From Octopus sinensis (Eukaryota): DNA of 64,000 bases. The DNA lies in NCBI RefSeq assembly GCF_006345805.1, contig NC_042999.1, positions 13,206,001 through 13,270,000 of the forward strand, given 5' to 3'. The number at the start of each line of letters is the position of its first letter. Position 1 is the first letter of the stretch. A model generated the notes under the pieces. That model ran no database searches. It was not told where the DNA came from and worked only from the letters and a program-made list of their open reading frames with translations. Shown here piece by piece: positions 35,588 to 48,893 of this stretch. The translations under genes were made by a program, and so were the position numbers.

Positions 35588-35633
35588 CATACATACATCC
35601 ATACATTCATACATGTATATGTGATGTATGTCC

Positions 35634-35697
<64 letters not shown>

Positions 35698-36078
35698 ATA
35701 TATATATATATATATATATAAACTTGGTACGACTCTACAACACTGTCTCTCTCCCCCTCCCCTACATTTCTTTGCCTTTCTTACTTTGCACTTCACTTTG
35801 TCCCTGATCTTTTTCTTGCTCTCTCTCTCTCTTCTCCTTCTCCTTAATTCCTTGTTACTCTTTTTCTTTCTCTTTTCCCCCTCCTTAATTCCTCTGTCCC
35901 TCTTTTCCTCTCTCTTCTCTTCACACGTGACTGACTGACCGACTACTGGCCTTTTGGGTCTGGCAACGGTCGTGGTAACATCAACATTTTTTTCTCTGCC
36001 CCAAGGCACATTCCTAACACGCCAGCTGAGTTTAATACGTCTCAGTCGAAAGACGCCTGTTGTGATGTCCTATTATTG

Positions 36079-36128
<50 letters not shown>

Positions 36129-36129
36129 G

Positions 36130-36390
36130 ATTTTACCTATTATTTTTGTATTCATATTCGTGTAACATCGTCCGTTTTCCGCCCTTGTCTCGTATACATT
36201 CGAAGCTTTTCCCCAAGGAATCTAATGCGCTTAGCTTAGTTTTTCCTTGGGACTGGCCAGATTGGAGCAATCTCAAGATTGATCAGCCGAAATTGCGAGG
36301 ATGATCTGGTTCTTGACTGAAGACTGAAGGCTTCGAATGTCCCGTCCGTGTTTTTTGTATCGTCTTCTAAATGTTATGTATTCTTGTCCC
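36130..36390 (-). repeat. Unclassified repeat ending in (TAA)n on the minus strand, with internal 10-bp inverted repeat
   Basis: CATTCGAAGC (about 36197) and GCTTCGAATG (about 36320); adjoins the (TTA)n tract at 36080-36128. Confidence 0.35.
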
Positions 36391-37059
36391 AGTTTGTATT
36401 TTTATATATATATATAGGAATGTATGTATGTATGTATGTAGTATGTATGTATGTATGTATGTATGTATGTATGTATGTATGTATGCATGTATGTATCTAT
36501 ATGTGTATTTGTAAATTCAGACAATATCATAATTTTGAGGACAACATCAGTATTTCGGGAGCAATAACTCTTGATAATTTTCGTAACAATTTCTGCAAGA
36601 GCGACGACATATAAAGTACGTACAACCTTTCAAGTGGATGCAGTAATAACATAGAAAGCCATCAGATAGATTGTAAGATAGAGGCAAGAGGAGGATGGAG
36701 GGGGGAAGTGATAGGAGAAAAAGAAAGCAGAGATTATCACGAGAACTGACTGTGGGAGGGAGGTAGTGAGGGATAGTGAAAGAGAGCGTGAGAGAGAGAG
36801 AGGGGTGTGTGTGAGTAACTCCCAAGAGACAGAGAGAGAGAGATTGTTATATAAGTGTCGGTGTTGTCTGGCTGCATGTTTTTTTGCTAAAAGAAGCAGG
36901 GCAGTGTGCTACTGAGTAATAACCGGAATATTTTGAACATGAATCAAACTGATTTTGCCACAGAACGAAAACTGGATGAGGTTTGCAGAAGAAGGGGAAA
37001 AAAAGAAGATTAGAAAAAGATGCAAATGAGATTCGAAACCGTATTGTGAATTCAGTGAC

Positions 37060-37150
37060 GTAGCTAGAGAGAGGGGGATGAGGGAGAGAGAGAAAGAGAG
37101 AGAAAGAGAAAGAGAGTGAGAGAGAGAGAGGAAGAGAGAGAGAAAGAGAG

Positions 37151-37181
<31 letters not shown>

Positions 37182-37310
37182 AACAGAAAGAGAGAGAGAG
37201 AAAGAGAGAGAAAGGGAGAGAAAGAGAGAGAGAGAAAGAGAGAGAAAGGGAGAGAAAGAAAGAAAGAGAGAGAGTGAAAGAGAAAAAGAGAAAGGGAGAG
37301 AGAGAGTGTG
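37060..37310 (+). repeat. (GA)n/(GAAA)n purine tract
   Basis: Direct reading. Confidence 0.93.
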
Positions 37311-37707
37311 TGATTTGGGCAGGTCTTCAGTTTGCCACTCTCCTTGGACTATAAAAGTCAACGCAAGCATTTTACAGAAAACTCAACAAAATCGCTGCCC
37401 TTATAAAAGCATCGCAAGTGGTTGACTCTTCCTATGCTCCTCCTACTTCTGCTATTTCGTGATTTTCTGTTTCGATATCAGGTTGAAGCGATTTCATTTC
37501 CTTCAAAGTGGTTAATGATCTCAGAAAAGCTTGAATATCAAACAGTCATATTTACATTTCTCTGTAAATCTCAAGTTTCATGTTAAGATAAAATAAGAAA
37601 GCAAATTACCGTATTCACTCGTGCATAAGCCACACTTGTGTATAAGTCGTATCCCTAATTTTGTGTTAAGTCTAGGTACAATTCTTTTCCTTTCGGGAAT
37701 GGCCATA

Positions 37708-38282
<575 letters not shown>

Positions 38283-39250
38283 GACTTTTGTAGGTAATTA
38301 AAACCATATTGCTGATTAATTAAGCACTGAACATGCAGAAGTTGTAATAATGATTTATTATATAATTCTGAGCAGTCACTGTAAATATAATAAATATACT
38401 TTCTTGGCATAAGCCAGTGATGATATAGAAACTGCTATGTGAAGACGGAGTGATCAGGAGATGAATATAAAAATACCAACTGAAAAAAAAAGATATAAAA
38501 TGTTAAAAAGAATGTAAGGTGAAAGATTTCTATAAGTATGAAGAGAAAAGAGAAGAACATGGAAGAAAAGATAGAATGATGGTATTTTTATCAGATATTC
38601 GCAATATAATATTTCTGACGAAACGTCTAGGAACGATTTCATAATCTTTGTCATCTCTTCTGATCGTGGAAATATAGTTTCCTGCACGTGCATCGACACG
38701 CATATGTACATGTTACCGTCTCTCGTGCACACATGCAAAGGAAAATATAACGATAAACCATTAACAGTTTCGCTCATCACCCACTGGATACATGGGTTTT
38801 AACTTTTAACTGCAATGTTCTCTACGGCATCTAGGCTTCACACGATCAGATCTTCTTTCTTCCAGACTTTGTCTACGTGAATAAATCATGCGAAGCGTCT
38901 TAAGAAGCAGGAATAAAATTACCGTTGCAAATTTGGCTCGACTCAAGATTGCCACCATGTTATGAGGCCGCTTGCAGCGTTGCAAATATAGAATGATAAA
39001 AATATTCTGCAATAAGAGAAATGCAAGATGATTCTCCTTTCCTCATTTTCCTTTCTCTTGTAAAGCAGTTTCGATCCTGGTTGAAGTTGAATTATATACT
39101 TTAATTCGCTTAAATCTGCTAATGTTCTTCTGGAAAATCATGCATATTACAGCATTGAATACTGCCTCTATTCTAAAAGAATGGAACCTTATAACGTTTC
39201 AGAAAATAAAACTGGATAGCTGTGTTTGGTCATATATATAAAAGTATTAA

Positions 39251-39627
39251 TCTCTCTATATATTAAGCTGAAGTTGTCTGTGTATGGCAGGTTTGGTAGC
39301 CTTCGACTAACACTATCTCCTCCGAGACCTTGCGGTGCAAGTTAACCAAAATTGAGAATATGATAGAAGAAGGCTTGCTCTTCCTTCCGTAGAAGAAAAA
39401 CTTCAAATCGGACCATGTTAACATCAAAAAGGTGCTTTTTTTCTATGTAAATCCCTATATTTTACGATTTTTTGACTGCTATGTTGCCATTTTTCGGTGT
39501 ATTTCAACCAGAAAAAATGTTCACTGAAAGAGAATAACAAGCTACATAATGCAAAATGTTTACTTTTCAAAAATTCCAATTCTAAAGGGTCGAAACAAAC
39601 CCGAGCACCGCCGGGCGATACTGCTTG
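39251..39627 (+). mobile_element. Non-autonomous Helitron
   Basis: A|TCTCTCTATATATTAAG 5' end; 3' hairpin CCCGAGCACCGCCGGG then CTTG|T. Confidence 0.7.
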
Positions 39628-40771
39628 TCAAAAATAATACTTAAACCGTATAATTTCGGAACATTGCTTAAATAGCAACACAATTTCATGATTTTGATTG
39701 TATGGCGTTTACGACCTTTTTTTTTATTAAAATGTTAGCAGAAACATCCGTCACTGACTGAGTTGAAAAATAGCTGCCAAAATTATACTATGAATAATGA
39801 AAGTTATTCACTTAGATTGTATTGAACATAAATCTCTTATTATAAAAGGCAGATTTTATCTGCCTCCCTTTGTCAGTTATAGAAATCTACAATATAGGAT
39901 TTCTTCAATTACAATTTACCTAGCATTTTTAAGAGTAGAATGCATCGGGTCATGCCAGGTCCAGTTTTTAAAATTTAAACTCCAATTAAGCAAAATTTAC
40001 AGAAAACTCACATTCTGGTGTGTATGTCAAATGCCTTTCTTAATGTGGTTTACACCACACGCATACGCACACACACACAAACGGAGCGAACTGTTTCACT
40101 GACGCTATCACCCTAATTTCTCCTTTCTCTTTGCAAGTCTACCTTAGAACACTACTCAAAAAAAAAAGAAAGCAGCAAACAGAAACAAATAAATACATAA
40201 CGATTTACTCCTCACACAATTTCTTCAATTAGACTTTACCTATGATTTTTCAAAGAACTTCCATTGGGTCATGCCATACAAAATTTCTTTCAATTTCACC
40301 CCCAATTAAGACAAAATTCGAGAAAACTCAATATTTTAACATTTCACTTTGAAGCCTTTACTCTGCCTATTACTCCCACTTCCTCTTTAGACACATAGAC
40401 ACGCTAATATATACGACAGTGTCAATTGTTGACAGACATTGTAAGCTAACGTGTGTGTGTGTGCGTGTGTGTCTCTGTGTGTGTGTGTGTGTGTGTGCGT
40501 GTGTGTGAGGGTGCGTGTGTGTGAAGGTGCGTGTGTGTGTGTGTGACAGGGATGACCCATTCAGACTGGTCATCCTTTTTGCTAGAAGATCACCTATGCT
40601 ACACCACTGGTTTTCAGTTCATATTAATCAAATTAATATTCACAAGAAGAAGGACTATTCATTATAATACATAAGTTCCATCGGACAACTGCACAAACAT
40701 TTGCCATTTTACACATGTATGTAAACAAATTCCTTTCTTTTAGAATTTCAATTCATTTTCTTTTTCAATTT

Positions 40772-41425
40772 ATACAAAGTTATTTAGGACGAATATAACA
40801 TCTAAAGTTATCTCTAAGAGCAGAAAGATCGCCCAAAAGTGTATATAGATATTTAAATGTATTTATATATTCATCTATGCACACATGTATGTATAACGTG
40901 TGTGTATATATTTCCATAGAGGTAACCATTCACTCCGCACAAAGTTTTTTAGGACGAAAATAACATCTAAAGTTATCTCTAAGTAGCAGTCGCCCAAAAG
41001 TGTATATAGACACACACATGTATGTATAATGTGTGTGTATATATTTCCATAGAGGTAACCATTCACTCCATACAAAGTTATTTAGGACGAATATAAGAAC
41101 TAAAGTTATCTCTAAGAAACAGAAAGATCGCCCAAAAGTGTATATAGATATTTAAATGTATTTATATATTCATCTATACACACATGTATGTATAATGTGT
41201 GTGTATATATTTCCATAGAGGTAACCATTCACTCCGCACAAAGTTTTTTAGGACGAAAATAACATCTAAAGTTATCTCTAAGAAGCAGAAAGATCGCCCA
41301 AAAGTGTATATAGATATTTAAATGTATTTATATATTCATCTATGCACACATGTATGTATAACGTGTGTGTATATATTTCCATAGAGGTAACCATTCACTC
41401 CATACAAAGTTTTTTAGGACGAAAA
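40772..41425 (+). repeat. Tandem array of a 165-bp unit (4 units plus a partial; second unit 133 bp)
   Basis: AAAGTT.TTTAGGACGAA recurs at 40776, 40941, 41074, 41240 and 41406. Confidence 0.93.
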
Positions 41426-42271
41426 TCTTTATACATAAAAGAAAGGTTGTGTGTCTGTCTACTCCGATTTAGATTCCTAACTACTCCCACATTTTGCGAT
41501 GCAGTTTAACCAAAACCGAGTATCTTATAGTCGTGATTCATATCGAGCCCTTCTGGGTATTAGCGCGCGTCTACGATGAGTCTACGATTTTACAAATAAT
41601 TTACCATCATTTTTCCCCATTTTAATGCATTTTTAAAAAATAAATGGAAGTAACTCTCAAACTTCACACCAATATGCGTGCTCATATGCGACGTAATATC
41701 ACATCAGCAGCATTTCCTCACACCCTCATTGCACTTGGCGAAGGTAAAATACCAGGGGATGAAAATGGTAATATTGCCATCGATTCCATTTGTACCATTG
41801 TTAAGACGCCTTCTGATCTCAGAGATGCAGTGTTCCAAGATCTACAAGCTAATTATCAGAATATGGATTGGATTGGCAAAAAGGCTATACTGGCCCCAAG
41901 GAATAAAACTGTTCACCATATTAATGATGAAATGCTAAAACTCATTCCTGGGGAAGTCTATGTATATCAGTCTATCGATACAACTCCTGACCCAGAGGAC
42001 GTCATCAGCTATCCAATAGAGGTACTCAATTCCTTTGAGCACCCCGGAATACCACCACACTTTCTCAAACTTAAAGTTGGTGCCCCTATAATGCTCATCA
42101 GAAATTTGGTTCCCCCAAAACAATGCAATGGCACACGTTTGATCGTTAAGTCCTTATCTCCCAGCGTAAACTTATATCAATATTTGCCTGAATAATCATC
42201 ATCATTCAGTGCAATCATTAACAGTACTTTCAAGTAATTCAGCCCCGAGCAACACCGGGCAATTCTGCTAG
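41426..42271 (+). mobile_element. Deleted Helitron retaining an open PIF1-type helicase fragment (ORF 41644-42195)
   Basis: A|TCTTTATACATAAAAG 5' end; GCCCCGAGCAACACCGGGC hairpin then CTAG|T; ILAPRN..V..IN, YP.E.LNS..PG.PPH.LKLKVGAPIMLIRNL..CNGTRL. Confidence 0.92.
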
Positions 42272-42294
42272 TATTATATAAAAAAAGGAATTTC

Positions 42295-43500
42295 GATTTT
42301 TTAGTGTGAAATAAAAAGTCATCTTTTTTTCATAAAAAGAATGAACTTTATCAATTATATATTTTCCATTCTATTCGATGACATTTTACCATCTTTCTGG
42401 CAACTTCATAATTCCGCGCTCATAGAACTTATGGTCCTTATCAGCCAAAAATTGAAACAAGTGCAATTTCAGGTCATCATCATTAATTGAAAGTTTTCTA
42501 ATTCAAAGAATTTTTAAAACTTTGAAATAAATGGTAATCTGATGGTGCAAGGTCAGGGCTATGTGGTGGATGTGACATCACTTCCCAACCAAGCTCAAAT
42601 AATTTTTCACGAGTTAGCAAAGACGTGTATGGTCTAGCGTTGTAATGGTGGAACATGATTCCTTTACAATTTGCCAATTATGGCCGTTTTTCTTTTATCG
42701 CTTTCTCCAGTTTTATTAGTTGTTGACAGTAAATATCTGACTTGATCGTTTGGTTCCTTGAAAGCAGCTCAAAATACACAACACCTCTGTAATTCCACAT
42801 CAAATACAATTCAGCATTTGATGTGGTTTGTGCTAGTTCATTACGCTTGGAGCATGATCGTTTTCAATTGATATTATTGTAGACAATCCATTTTCCATCA
42901 CCAGTGATGATTCATTTAAAAAAAAAGATCAATTTCATTGCATTTGAAATGCAAATCACAAATATTGATTTGTTGCATTAAGTGAATCGCTTTCAATTTA
43001 TGTGGAACCTAAATATCGAGCTTCTGAATGAGTCCAAAGCATTTTAAGTGATTTTCAATTGTTGCGTGTGATACATTTAACCTCGCTGTAATCTCTCACA
43101 CAGTTATATGACAATCAGATTCAATTATGGCTTTAATTCGGTCATCGTCAACTTCAGAAGGTCGACCAGAACGTTGGTCATCTTTGACTGAAAAACCTCC
43201 AGAATGGAATTTTAAAAACCATTTCTGACATGTTCGTTCTGTTAAGCAATCAACACTATCAACTTCACATATCTCTCTGTGAATCTCAGCAGCTTTCTTG
43301 CCTTTACGGAAATAAAAAAGCAAAATATGGCGAAAATGTTCGTTTTTGCACTCCATGCTCGAAGAATTTCACGTTTTGTCGCCCAAATGGCTTCTTTTTT
43401 TATATCTAGCACTGCCTTTCTCCATTTCTAAGAGAAGATTAACGCCGAACGAAAATAAATGAACTGCGACCGGGCTCAACAAAAGGATCCTATGTTATTG
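42295..43500 (-). mobile_element. Near full-length decayed mariner (Mos1/SETMAR-like)
   Basis: EHFRHILLFYFRKGKKA...WF.KF..G.FS.KD..RSGRP; HPP.SPDLAPSDYHLF; FYERGIMKLPERW. Confidence 0.85.
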
Positions 43501-43620
43501 GCAGTAATTACATACTTGTAGTCAGTGGTGGCAGAAATTAAATCAACTTGCAAATACACGTTCACTTTACTGAATTTATACTCGGGCTAAGCCTGAACAG
43601 CCCGAATGCCGAAGTCGCCA

Positions 43621-43686
<66 letters not shown>

Positions 43687-43759
43687 CTATATATATATAT
43701 ATATACATACATACATACATACATACATACATACATACATACATACATACATACATACA

Positions 43760-44930
43760 AAGGTCGGTTTGTCAAGAAGACACTCCAGTTTCCTCTATGT
43801 TGTGCTGCATTCATGCAAGTGGCCAGGCTCTTGTTTCTGGGTCATTCTTTGATGTCGTCAATCCAAAAATATCATTGATTGGCCACTTACTCTCTTCCCT
43901 TCAACACATTCTGTGAGGATGGTTTTGGGCAGTCACACGTAGCTCATTAAATGTCCAAAGTATGATAGCTCCGTAGATATACTTTTCTACAATAGAAGTA
44001 TTTGGGTCATCAGCTTTTCAACAACTGCAGCATTTGTTACAATGTTTGGATCTTTTCCCTTTGACCGGCAGATTTTTCATATAATTTCTTTGTAACTAAA
44101 CACTTTTAAACTTCGTATACTGGTAGAATGTGTTTATAAAATATCTTTTTCTCTTGGCTTTCTTGAGATAATTCTGTAGTTTGTAAGCTATTTGTTGTTT
44201 AATTTCTTGCATTTCGGCAATTTCAACCAATCAATGACGTCTATTGAGGTGAATACAATTTCTGCCGTAGTGTGTCAACAACAATTATTTGCGGTGTCAT
44301 ATGAATTTAGGAACGGTTTTGTTATCCAGCTCTGTTATCCCCTCAGTTTATGACCACATGGTATCTTTTTTCTCATAAATAACAGTGACAAATTCATATG
44401 ACACCGCAAATAATTGTTGTTGACACACTACGGCAGAAATTGTATTCACCTCAATAGACGTCATTGATTGGTTGAAATTGCCGACATGCAAGAAACTAAA
44501 CAACAAATAGCTTACAAACTACAGAATTTTCTCAAGAAAGCCAAGAGAAAAAGATGTTTTATGTAACACATTCTACCAGTATACGAAGTTTAAAAGTGTT
44601 TAGTTACAAAGAAATTATTTTTAAAATCTGCCGGTCAAAGTGAAAAGATCCCCGTGTCTTTTTCAACATATTCAGTCCAATCTTCGCAAGATCTATTGCA
44701 CAAAAGACATCTTTTTTTTTGCCATTACTCTGTACATAATCCAAGTTTCTACCTTGTAGAGCACAGCTAGATTATTATAAACTTCTTAGCCACAAGTTTA
44801 ATGGTAGTGTTGTCTTTTTGAGTTAATAATCTTTTTCACTTTCATAAATGTTGTTTTAACCTTCGTTGTTCTTTGAGTAACTTCTACCACGGCGACCTTT
44901 ATGAATTATTATTTGTCCTAAATACTTGAA
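43760..44930 (-). mobile_element. Decayed RTE-clade LINE 3' fragment interrupted by a fold-back element
   Basis: Minus strand: LYKVETW...VTNAAV..YFGHLM...EGKR...WIDDIKE...AQHRGNW; microsatellite tail at 43622-43759. Confidence 0.65.
44048..44651. mobile_element. Fold-back/MITE-like element with 260-bp inverted arms and 81-bp spacer
   Basis: Arms 44048-44308 and 44390-44651 are near-perfect reverse complements (GGATCTTTTC.CTTTGACCGGCAG ... CTGCCGGTCAAAG.GAAAAGATCC). Confidence 0.93.
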
Positions 44931-44992
44931 GTCTTTTCTTTGTAATTTGTTCATGCTTTTGTCCATCTACCTTCATATTTGCTTCCTACATC

Positions 44993-45045
<53 letters not shown>

Positions 45046-45269
45046 GTGTTTACTAACGGCTTGTTTCCTCTCTTAGATTATTATTTTGCAGTTTACAAAC
45101 TGCTTATTTCCTGCCAGAGGGATTCATATTTCTGCAGTTTACTAATAGCTTTCTTCCTGGCTTGCAAGAGTAATATCTACCGTAGCAATTCTTGTACCGA
45201 AAGAGGAGCAATGGCGAAGTGTTAAATAGAAACAGCTGCGTTACAGCAACAGGTGATGTTATCATATTA

Positions 45270-46056
45270 AAAGTATTAACAGAGAGGGGGGAGAGGGGGA
45301 GAGATAGGGAGAGAGAGGTGAGTGCCGAGAGGGAGGGTAGGGACCTATTTGTGTAGGTGCATGAGGAGGGAGTTGCTAAAAGAAGAAGGGAGAGGAGAGG
45401 AAGAAACGAGGTAAATGTGTACGAGAGAATGGGGAGAGAGAGAGAGAGAGAGAGAGTAAAAGAGTGAAAGAGGAGGAAAAGAGAGAGAGAGAGAGAGAGG
45501 TGAGGGTGGAGAGTGCGAGAGTGGATGAGAAAAGAGTGGCTGAAAGAGGTATAGAAAGAAGGGAGAGAAAACGGGAGAGAGAGAGAGAGAGCAGAGTGAG
45601 AGACGGGAGAGGGAGAGGTGGAGAGATAAGAACAGTCAGAAATGGAAGAAAAACGGAACAATAATAACCCAGATGTTATATTTAACCCTGAGTCGATTCT
45701 GACAAAGCAAAGCTACGTTTAAAAGGCGTGCCACCCATGGCCAATTGTACTTTTTCGTTCAAGATGTGGACAATTAGCAGAACATGATTTAAGGGAAATT
45801 TGGTGGTAGTTTCTAGCAAGACGAGAGAGAAGTCAAGATTCGAGTAAAAAAAAATTCAGGAATTGAATGTAGGTTAAGAGTAGAGCGATGAAGGGGTAGA
45901 GGTAAATGAGGAGGAAAGAGAAAGAGAAAGATGGAGAGAGACTAAGACAAAGGAAAGAGAGTTATAGTATGAGTAGAGAGAAGAGAGAGAGAGAGGGGGG
46001 ATAGAAAAATATAGACAGACAGACAGACAGAAAGAAAGATAGATAGATAGATAGAT

Positions 46057-46116
<60 letters not shown>

Positions 46117-46148
46117 ATAGATATAGATAGATAGATAGATATATAGAT

Positions 46149-46207
<59 letters not shown>

Positions 46208-46495
46208 TAGATAGATAGATATATAGATATAGATAGATAGATAGATACATACATACATACATGCATACATACATGCATACATACATACATACATACATAC
46301 ATACATACATACATACATACATACATACATACATACATAAACAGACAGAGAGACAGAAAGATAGATAGATGGATGGACAAACAGACAGACAGAAAGATAG
46401 ATAGATAGACAGACAGACAATCAGACAGATAGACTGACCAGAGACAGAGGAGGAGGGAGGGAGAGAGGCAGACAGGTAGATAGATAGATAAATAG

Positions 46496-46550
<55 letters not shown>

Positions 46551-46714
46551 AAGATAGACGTACAGACAGACAAATTGGCCAGAGACCGACAGACAGACAG
46601 AGGGGGAGGGATGGAGAGGGGCAAACAGATAGATAAATAAATAGATAGATAGATTGAGAGAGAGAGAGAGAGACAGACAGAGAGAGACAGACAGACAGAC
46701 AGATAGATAGATAG

Positions 46715-46757
<43 letters not shown>

Positions 46758-46766
46758 TAGATAGAC

Positions 46767-46820
<54 letters not shown>
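45270..46820 (+). repeat. Compound (GA)n/(GATA)n/(CATA)n/(GACA)n tracts
   Basis: Direct reading. Confidence 0.92.
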
Positions 46821-47204
46821 AGAACAAATAAAAAATGCAGCAATTAGAACTCGGCAAAGAATGATATGATAGGTGGGAAGATCTTATAACGATATATGTC
46901 AGCCGCCTCCCTCCACCCCACCCCACCCCATCCCATCAAACTATACTGAAAGACAAAGCGAAGAAAAAAGTAGAGTGAGAGAGAGAGAGAAGGAAATGAA
47001 GATAAGGACAAAATTACTGAGAAATTATAGAAAAGTAGGGAAAAACCCTGATATTCTCGGCCTTATACATATTAATGCGAAGAAGATTTGTTAAATTTAA
47101 TGTCAAGGACGAAATATGAGATTTCAGCTCTTCACCCGAGTAGAATTGCTATTACAACACTCAGCCTTCAACAGACACATAGACACACTGACACACAGAT
47201 GTAC

Positions 47205-48254
47205 CTTTATACATACATACGTACGTACATACATACATACACACAAACATTCATACATACAACAGCATGCATACATACATACATGCATACATACATACAT
47301 ACATACATACATACATACATACATACATACATACATACATACATACATACATACATAAATACATATATACATACATACATACATACATACATACACACAG
47401 ATACGCACACACACATACATACATACATACGTACATACACACATACATACATACATACATGCATGCATGCATACATACATACACACACATACATACATAC
47501 ATACATACATACATACGTACGTACGTACATACATACATACATACATACACACACACATACATACATACACACATTCATACATACATACATACATACATAC
47601 ATACATACATGCATACATACATACATACATGCATGCATGCATGCATACATACATAGATAGATACATACATACATACATACATGCATGCATACATACATAC
47701 ATGCATGCATACATACATACACACACACACATACATACATACATACATAAATACACACAGATACGCACACGCACATACATACATACATACATACATACAT
47801 ACATACATACGTACATACATACACACACATATACATACATACATACATACATACATACATACATACATGCATGCATACATACATACACACACATACATAC
47901 GTACATACATACGTACATACGTACGTACATACATACATACGTACGTACGTACATACATACATACATACATGCATACAGACATACACACACACATACATAT
48001 ATACATACATACTTACATACATACATGCATACACACATACATACATACACATACATACATACATACATACATACATACATACATACATACATACACACAT
48101 ACATACACACACATACACACAAATACATACATACATACACACACACATACATACATACATACATACGTATGTACGTACATACATACATACATACGTACAT
48201 ACATACATACACACACATACATACATACATACACACATATATACATACATACAC

Positions 48255-48288
<34 letters not shown>

Positions 48289-48358
48289 GCATACATACAT
48301 ACATACATACATACATACATACATACATACATACATACATACATACATACATACATAG
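47205..48358 (+). repeat. (CATA)n/(CA)n microsatellite, about 1.15 kb
   Basis: Direct reading; source of the 316-410 aa pseudo-ORFs. Confidence 0.97.
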
Positions 48359-48657
48359 ACTCAGATACACTGTTACTAACACGCTATCTTAAAGACAGCA
48401 CTTTGCCAGTGACGTGAACTTTTATATCATGAGGTCATTCATAGTGTAGCGACCGTATGATGAGGTGGTGGCGGGAATGGCCCTTTACAACAACATACGG
48501 TCGATACAATAAATATAAATTGAATAGTATATATAAGTGACAGGAGGAAAAAGAAACACAACTGCGTAGAATGATTAAGAGAAGATTTATTGATATAATA
48601 ACAGGTGTGTGTGTATGTGTGTGTGTGTGTGTGTGTTTGTGTGAGTCATGGATACAG

Positions 48658-48893
48658 AATTATATTTCTTTACTGCCCACAAGGGGCTAAACATAGAGGG
48701 GACAAAGAAGGACAGACAAAGGGATTAAGTCGATTACATCGACCCCAGAGCGAAACTGGTACTTTATTTATCGACCCCGAAAGAATGAAAGGCAACGTCG
48801 ACCTCGGCGGAATTTGAACTCAGAACGTAACGGCAGACGAAATACGGCTACGCATTTCGCCCGGCGTTCTACGTTTCTGCCAGCTCGCCGCCT
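48658..48893 (-). mobile_element. SINE family B, tail i
   Basis: Full head, core and tail. Confidence 0.9.

Noticed and set aside
38590-38630. ...TCTGAC-GAAACGTC-TAG hammerhead 3' half
   Set aside because: No CUGANGA at the required position and no stem I
41644-42195. Host PIF1 helicase gene
   Set aside because: The fragment lies within Helitron termini and lacks the N-terminal motifs; transposon-derived
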